Shown piece after piece: positions 58,915-64,000 of a stretch of 64,000 bases of DNA. The number at the start of each line of letters is the position of its first letter. Position 1 is the stretch's first letter. Both the position numbers and the translations under genes were made by a program. The notes under the pieces were generated by a model. It did not search any database and was not told where the DNA came from. It saw only the letters and a program-made list of their open reading frames with translations. The DNA comes from an uncultured delta proteobacterium (GTDB lineage Bacteria; Myxococcota_A; Polyangia; Polyangiales; Polyangiaceae): contig CAWDXG010000001.1 of NCBI GenBank assembly GCA_963806225.1, positions 1,472,001 through 1,536,000 of the forward strand, read 5' to 3'.

Positions 58915-60083
58915 TACTGCTCGCCGCCCTGGGCCAGCGCGCCGGACTCGACCAGTCCGGGCCAGCTGTCGACGTAGTGGGACGGCGCGCCCGGTTTCGA
59001 CACGTCGACCCACATCGGATGACCGGTGCCGAAGGGCCGCACGTCCACGTGCACGAAGCGGTGGTTCGGATAGTACCCGCAGCCCACGTCGTGGAGCTTG
59101 TCGTGGCAGAACCGGAACAGCGACTCGTTCGGCACGCCGCGCACGAACAGATCGATGGCGCGGCCCTTGTCGTGGTAGCTGGTCGCGGCTTCGCGCCGGT
59201 ATCCGCTCACCACGTAGATTGTCCGCCAGGGAAACGCTGCCGCGATGCGTTGGAGCACCCACAAGAGCCGCGGGTGCAGCATCTTGACCCCCGGCACCCA
59301 TTCGCCGGCCGTGCCGCTCGACGGATCGGGCTCGAGCGGCAGCGGCAGCGCCGGACGCGGCACACCCGGAGGGCGGGCGATCACGCTCAGCCGATCCAGC
59401 GCTCCAGGCGCGATCGAGCCGTCGCATTGCAGCAGCTTGAAGCGATCGGATTCGCCGTCGTAGCGCGCGAACGTCACCGGTCGCACGCGCTTCCACGGCG
59501 GGCAGCGCCGCGTCCGCGTGACACCGAGCAGCTCCGGTTCGGGTGCGGTCACGAGGTCCGCCGGGGTACCGGAGAGCAGTTCCATCAGCGCGGCGGGCAG
59601 AGGTGCAACGGCTCCGGGGCTGCTCAACGAGAGCGCCGGACCGTGTGGCGCGAAGGCCTGGACCGGCGTGGGCCGCGTCACTTCGCAGGAGGTCGGATTC
59701 CATGCCAGCCGCGGCCAGGGCGCCCAGCTCCGGACTCCGAAGCGACCATGGAAATAGCGACGCCACGCCGGGACCCGCTCCGTGCCCGGAGACAGATACC
59801 GCTCCAGCAGCGGCCGCTCATCGAGCCCGTAGCGCCGATCGTGCTCGATGCCACCGAGCAGCCACGCGGTGGGGGACAAGGGGAGCAGAGCGTCGAGCGA
59901 CAGCGGCTCGGGAGGTGGCACCTGTCGTGGCGAGCGCGGCGCGGGAGACCATATCGAGCGCGCCGGCACCGCGGTAGCCCGCGTGCTCAGCGCGAACAGC
60001 AGAGCCGAGACCCCAAGAGCCGGCAGCGCGGCCCAGCGCCGAAGCGGGCGCGGGCGCAGGCGCCTGGCTCTATCGCGTGTCAC
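58914..60083 (-). CDS. YcbK/DUF882 (peptidase M15A-like) Zn metallopeptidase, exported
   Basis: Signal peptide; HPRLL, VVSGYR, SYHDKGRAIDL, GCGYYP, FVHVDVR. Confidence 0.85.
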   Translation of the reverse strand: MTRDRARRLRPRPLRRWAALPALGVSALLFALSTRATAVPARSIWSPAPRSPRQVPPPEPLSLDALLPLSPTAWLLGGIEHDRRYGLDERPLLERYLSPGTERVPAWRRYFHGRFGVRSWAPWPRLAWNPTSCEVTRPTPVQAFAPHGPALSLSSPGAVAPLPAALMELLSGTPADLVTAPEPELLGVTRTRRCPPWKRVRPVTFARYDGESDRFKLLQCDGSIAPGALDRLSVIARPPGVPRPALPLPLEPDPSSGTAGEWVPGVKMLHPRLLWVLQRIAAAFPWRTIYVVSGYRREAATSYHDKGRAIDLFVRGVPNESLFRFCHDKLHDVGCGYYPNHRFVHVDVRPFGTGHPMWVDVSKPGAPSHYVDSWPGLVESGALAQGGEQ

Positions 60084-60153
60084 CAGGGAGGAACATGCAT
60101 CGTCGCCGCGACGATTTCAATCGCGGCGACGTGATGCTGTGCGCGGGTACGCT

Positions 60154-60837
60154 TCAGGCCTGCGGGCCCTGATGCTCGTACTGCTGCAGGCCGAGCTTCA
60201 GCAGGTACAGGAACAGGTCGTAGGCCTCTTTCGCGTTGACTTCCTCGCCTTCGAGGTAGTCGCTGACGGCCAGGCCGTTGACCGTGGCGAGGATCAACGT
60301 GGATAGCGCGTCCACGTTGGGGAAGCTCTGCGCCTGCGAGCCGAGCACGTCCGAGACGCCCTCCCTGATGAGCTTGCGCGCATCCCGCTGCAGGCCGGCT
60401 GCGCGGCGCTTGAGCTCCGGGTCGCGGCGCGACGCGCTCCACACCTCGATGTTGAGGCCGGTGCCCGTCTTGTTGGTCTGCACGACCTCCCACAGGGACC
60501 CGAGAGCGCTCATCATGCGGGGCGACGAGCCGTCGCCCGAGACGCGGATGGCGTCTTTCACCTTGTCCAGGTACTTGTGATACGAGTAGCTCTGCACCTC
60601 ATGGATGAGGGCGGCTTTGCTCGCGAAGTAGTAGTGCACGATGCTCTTGCGGAGGCCGAGCTCCTTGCCGATCTCCGCGAGGGTGGTGGCACTGAAGCCC
60701 TTGCGAGCGAAGCACTTGGCGGCCGCCGACAGGATGGCGGAGACGCGCGGGTTGTCCCAGTCCACCGCGCGCGGAGCAGCAGAGTTGTCGTGGGATTCGG
60801 TGTCGGTTGACGGGGCAGTTTCTGCAGTGTTCATCAT
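60154..60837 (-). CDS. TetR/AcrR family transcriptional regulator
   Basis: ILSAAAKCFARKGFSATTLAEIGKELGLRKSIVHYYFASK. Confidence 0.93.
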   Translation of the reverse strand: MMNTAETAPSTDTESHDNSAAPRAVDWDNPRVSAILSAAAKCFARKGFSATTLAEIGKELGLRKSIVHYYFASKAALIHEVQSYSYHKYLDKVKDAIRVSGDGSSPRMMSALGSLWEVVQTNKTGTGLNIEVWSASRRDPELKRRAAGLQRDARKLIREGVSDVLGSQAQSFPNVDALSTLILATVNGLAVSDYLEGEEVNAKEAYDLFLYLLKLGLQQYEHQGPQA

Positions 60838-61015
60838 GATCGTTTTTGGGGCCGGCTAGCCGGTCTGGTTTCGCTGGATCTGAGCGTCGGTCTGGGCCAT
60901 GTCAGGCGGGCCCACGGTCGGCCCTCCGGTCGTCCGGCCTTCTTGCGCACCTCCACCCACAAGTCAAGGGGCGAGAAGGCATAAATCGGGTATTTCGCGC
61001 GGCATGCAGCGGAAT

Positions 61016-61544
61016 TCAGAGGGATTTCGGCGGCCGGGCCGAGGGCCCGCCGAACATACGCCGCAGACACGACAGGAATTCCTCGGCGGGCGAAATCACC
61101 AGCCAACCGGGGCTCCACGGCGGGCCCATCGCGTCGGTCTTGGCGCTGGTGATTTCGATCCAGGGCCTCGTCGAGCGAAAGCCCGGATCGGCACAACCAG
61201 GCCGCCACGACGCTCACGCTGCGGCTCATTCCGGCGGCGCAGTGCACCAGCACGTTCCCGTGCTTGATCCGCCGCTCCACGAACGGCACCACCACGCCCA
61301 GCGCCCGCTCGAGCTCCTCTTCGCCCGCTCCACCGTCCGCAATCGGGATCTGCAGCCATTCCGTATTCCTGTGCCGAGGCCCCTCGAGCGGCCGAGCCAG
61401 TGTCAGCGGCATGGGGCACAGGGACACAACACCTGCGAACGGCGCGAGCTTCCCTTCGGGCTCGAGAACCTGCTCCTCGCCGCCGAGGGCGGCCTCGCCG
61501 GAGCGGTAATCACCGAGATACAGGCGGGATTCGATCTTCCACAA
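61016..61544 (-). CDS. Dual-specificity protein phosphatase (frameshift near 61155)
   Basis: LYLGD, IPIAD, VLVHCAAGMSRS (CX5R). After removing one base the C-terminus reads ...VISPAEEFLSCL, stop at 61016. Confidence 0.8.
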
Positions 61545-61583
61545 ACCGTCGCCGATCCTGACACAAACCCGCGCGCAAGGCTC

Positions 61584-62612
61584 CTATGGCGGAAGGAGCA
61601 CGATGCGACCCACCACCGCCCGGTCCGCCAGCAGCCGGTGGGCGTCGGCAGCCTGCTCCAGCGGCAGGGTCCGGTCGATGGCGATCTCGAGCTCGCCCCG
61701 CCTCATCAGCTCGAAGCAGTCGGCGAGGTCGCCTGGCGTGTAGCCGTGGCCGCCCACGATCCGGTAGCCGTACAGGATCATCGCGCCCGGGTTCACGCTG
61801 ACCCGATCCATCTGGATATTGCCGATCAGCGACAGCCGGCCCCGCGGGCGCAGGCTGCGCAGCGACGAGCCGAAGGTGGCGCTGCCGGTCAGCTCGAGCG
61901 CCACATCCACGCCGCCTCCGCTCAGCCGCCGCACCTCCTCGTGGAAGCGCCCGTCCGGGCTGACCACGACCTCGTGCGCGCCGCGGGCGCGGAGCCCCTC
62001 CGCTTTCTGCTCGTTGCCGGTCACCGCGATCACGCGCGCGCCCATGTGCCGGGCGATCTGGATCGCCGGGGTCCCGACGCCGCCGCTGGCGCCCGTGATC
62101 AAGATCGTCTCGCCCAGCGCCAGCTGCGCATCATGCCGCAGCGCCCTGAGCGCGACGCCTGCGGTGCACCCGACCGGCGCGGCCTGCAGGAACGGGATCT
62201 CCGGCGGGATCTTCACCAGCGCGCGCTCGTGCGCCACGACGCGCTGGGCGTACGCGCCGTTGACGGTGTGCCCGAAGCTCTGCCAGGCGCGCTCGCAGTC
62301 CACCTGCTCGCCCACCAGGCAGCTTGCGCAGGATCCGCAGAAGGGACGGTGCAGGTTGGCGACGCGATCGCCCGTCGAGATTTCCGTCACCCCCGTGCCG
62401 ACCGCAAGGACCTCGCCGGCGAACTCGTGCCCCAGGACGGTCGGCAGCTTCATCATCGGGAAGCCGCCCTGTCGATCGATCAGGTCGCGCCCGCACACGC
62501 CGACGGCGTGCACGCGCACCAGCACCTCGCCGTCTCCCGGCTCCGGGTCGTCGATCTCCCGGTAGTGGAACTCTTCCGGTCCCCCCGTCCTGTCGAGCAC
62601 GACCGCGTGCAT
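61584..62612 (-). CDS. Zn-dependent medium-chain dehydrogenase/reductase (MDR)
   Basis: GVCGRD, LGHEFAG, CGSCASC...C, ITGASGGVG. Confidence 0.92.
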   Translation of the reverse strand: MHAVVLDRTGGPEEFHYREIDDPEPGDGEVLVRVHAVGVCGRDLIDRQGGFPMMKLPTVLGHEFAGEVLAVGTGVTEISTGDRVANLHRPFCGSCASCLVGEQVDCERAWQSFGHTVNGAYAQRVVAHERALVKIPPEIPFLQAAPVGCTAGVALRALRHDAQLALGETILITGASGGVGTPAIQIARHMGARVIAVTGNEQKAEGLRARGAHEVVVSPDGRFHEEVRRLSGGGVDVALELTGSATFGSSLRSLRPRGRLSLIGNIQMDRVSVNPGAMILYGYRIVGGHGYTPGDLADCFELMRRGELEIAIDRTLPLEQAADAHRLLADRAVVGRIVLLPP

Positions 62613-62642
62613 GGTTCCGCTCTGCCGTAGCGGAAAGACCCG

Positions 62643-63011
62643 CTACTTCTTCTTCTTGGGGGCGGGCTTGGCGGGCTTCTTGGCCTTCTTGCCCTTGGCG
62701 TCTTCCTTCTTGGCGCCGCCGTCCTTGTCGTCCTTGTCGGCCTTGCCTTCGTCGGCCTTGCCTTCGTCGGCCTTGTCGTCGGTCTTGCCGTCGTCGGTCT
62801 TGCCTTCGTCGGCCTTGCCCGTGTCGCCGCTGCTCTCCTGATCCGCGTTGCTGTCGGAGTCGGGAACACTGGCGAACATGTCGGGTTGCGGTGCCGGCTG
62901 CACCACCGGCGCGACCGGCGGAATGCTCGCCACCTCGCTGCCCCCGCACGCCCCGAGTGCGAGCGCCAGCGCGCCCGCGGACACCAGCCCCGCGAAAGTC
63001 CACGTCTGCAT
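62643..63011 (-). CDS. Low-complexity lipoprotein (Asp/Lys repeats, Lys-rich tail)
   Basis: Lipobox LALGAC; 5-aa repeats GKADE/GKTDD; tail KKAKKPAKPAPKKKK. Confidence 0.7.
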   Translation of the reverse strand: MQTWTFAGLVSAGALALALGACGGSEVASIPPVAPVVQPAPQPDMFASVPDSDSNADQESSGDTGKADEGKTDDGKTDDKADEGKADEGKADKDDKDGGAKKEDAKGKKAKKPAKPAPKKKK

Positions 63012-63281
63012 GCCCGGGAGGCTAGATGAGGGTCCGGCTTTCGGCAAGCGCCGGGGGGATGCTCCCCAGCGCGGGACGGCGGGACGCGAGCCGCCGTGCT
63101 CGCTGCGCTCCGCGCGGCGGCGGTCCCCCAAAGCCGCGCTCCGCGCGCCCGGGGGGCCCTACGGCTGGTCGCGGTCGCGGTTGCGGTCGCGGTCCGGTGT
63201 CGGTGCGTCCGTGCCGGCGTCGGCGTCCATGCCCGCGATGTGCACGACACGTCTTCATTTGACACTTCGGTTTGGGCCCGT

Positions 63282-63567
63282 GCGGCGACAAATACGAGGG
63301 CATACCCGGTTATGTGGGGGTCAAATGTCGGCGCGCGTCGCGTCGCGGTGGCGAGCGGCGACAATTCCGAGGGCATACCCGGTTATGTGGGGGTCAAATG
63401 TCGGCGCGCGTCGCGTCGCGGTGGCGAGCGGCGACAAATACGAGGGCATACCCGGTTATGTGGGGGTCAAATGTCGGCGCGCGTCGCGTCGCGGTGGCGA
63501 GCGGCGACAATTCCGAGGGCATACCCGGTTATGTGGGGGTGAAGTGTCGGCGCGCGTCGCGTCGTGG
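63282..63567. repeat. Non-coding 73-bp tandem repeat, about 4 copies, alternating A/B variants
   Basis: Units start at 63282, 63355, 63428 and 63501: GCGGCGACAA(ATA/TTC)CGAGGGCATACCCGGTTATGTGGGGGTCAAATGTCGGCGCGCGTCGCGTCGCGGTGGCGA. Confidence 0.95.
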
Positions 63568-63599
63568 TCGCATCGCGTCGCGTCGCGGTCGCGCCCGAC

Positions 63600-64000
63600 C
63601 TAGCGCGACCGCCCGTGATGCCCGCGCGTGTGCTGCGCGCTCTTGTGGTGCCGGTGCGAGTCGTCGTCGTCACTCGAGCGCCACACCGGCATGCCCGCCT
63701 TCTCCTGCCAGCCGGCTTCGCCGTACTTGCCATGCTCGCGCCACTCGTGCGTCGCGCCGCCTGGTCGCGTGTCCTTCTCGTCCACGTCCAGCCCCTGCGT
63801 CACCGTCAGCAGCTCGTCCGCCACGTATTCCGGGTGCTGGTCGCCCCGCACGTTGACGCTGTCGCGCGGCATGTCGCCCGTTCCCACCTTGATGATCTGC
63901 GTGGTCGGCGGATACACGTCGTTCCAGCGCTCGCGCACCGCATACGGACCGTCGCGCACGATGCGGTAGCGGTGCAGCTTGAAGCCCGGCACGCCGCGCT
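63600..64000 (-). CDS. C-terminus of a 5'-truncated protein, VanW/G5-like
   Basis: GVPGFKLHRYRIVRDG...DVYPPTTQIIKVGT resembles the G5-like tail of VanW proteins. Frame runs off the window. Confidence 0.55.
   Translation of the reverse strand, partial: RGVPGFKLHRYRIVRDGPYAVRERWNDVYPPTTQIIKVGTGDMPRDSVNVRGDQHPEYVADELLTVTQGLDVDEKDTRPGGATHEWREHGKYGEAGWQEKAGMPVWRSSDDDDSHRHHKSAQHTRGHHGRSR

Noticed and set aside
2090..61160. Programmed ribosomal frameshifting or phase variation at the frame breaks
   Set aside because: No slippery heptamers or long homopolymer tracts at the break points, and the affected families are unrelated. Sequencing indels are the simpler explanation.
60154..62612. TetR + Zn-MDR as myxobacterial aibR/aibC (alternative isovaleryl-CoA pathway)
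   Set aside because: No mvaS or aibA/aibB CoA-transferase-like genes adjacent, and both families are too large to assign by eye.
63282..63567. Possible CRISPR array
   Set aside because: Sequences between repeat cores are identical rather than unique spacers, and no cas genes are in the window.

Overview
High-GC (roughly 70% by eye) bacterial chromosomal DNA. Gene content and protein style (many lipoproteins with Gly/Ala linkers, SxPP-rich inserts, FHA-GGDEF, paired flotillins, sigma-54 promoters) suggest Myxococcota, probably Polyangiaceae-like; this is inferred, not database-checked. About 62 CDS are present, with no rRNA, tRNA, CRISPR, transposase or phage genes recognised. The first 16 kb is an unusual envelope-modification-like cluster: four GT-C-like polytopic membrane proteins, two membrane-embedded spermidine-synthase-like SAM enzymes, a UbiA prenyltransferase divergent from a geranylgeranyl-reductase-family flavoprotein, and a cNMP-TGS-uridine-kinase fusion. 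The rest holds housekeeping genes (trpF/B/A, glnE, hemB, thiE, holB, bcp), an NfeD plus two flotillins operon, yeaH-spoVR without prkA, and a MarR-led beta-keto-acid cleavage/crotonase/carboxyltransferase operon. It also has YeeE/YedE genes with a palindromic operator, a sigma-54-rich signalling islet (pseudo-receiver, FHA-GGDEF, two CBS proteins) and a non-coding 73-bp x4 palindromic tandem repeat. At least seven genes carry single-base indels, mostly +1, which look like long-read consensus errors; several long ORFs in the supplied track are artefactual fusions caused by them.
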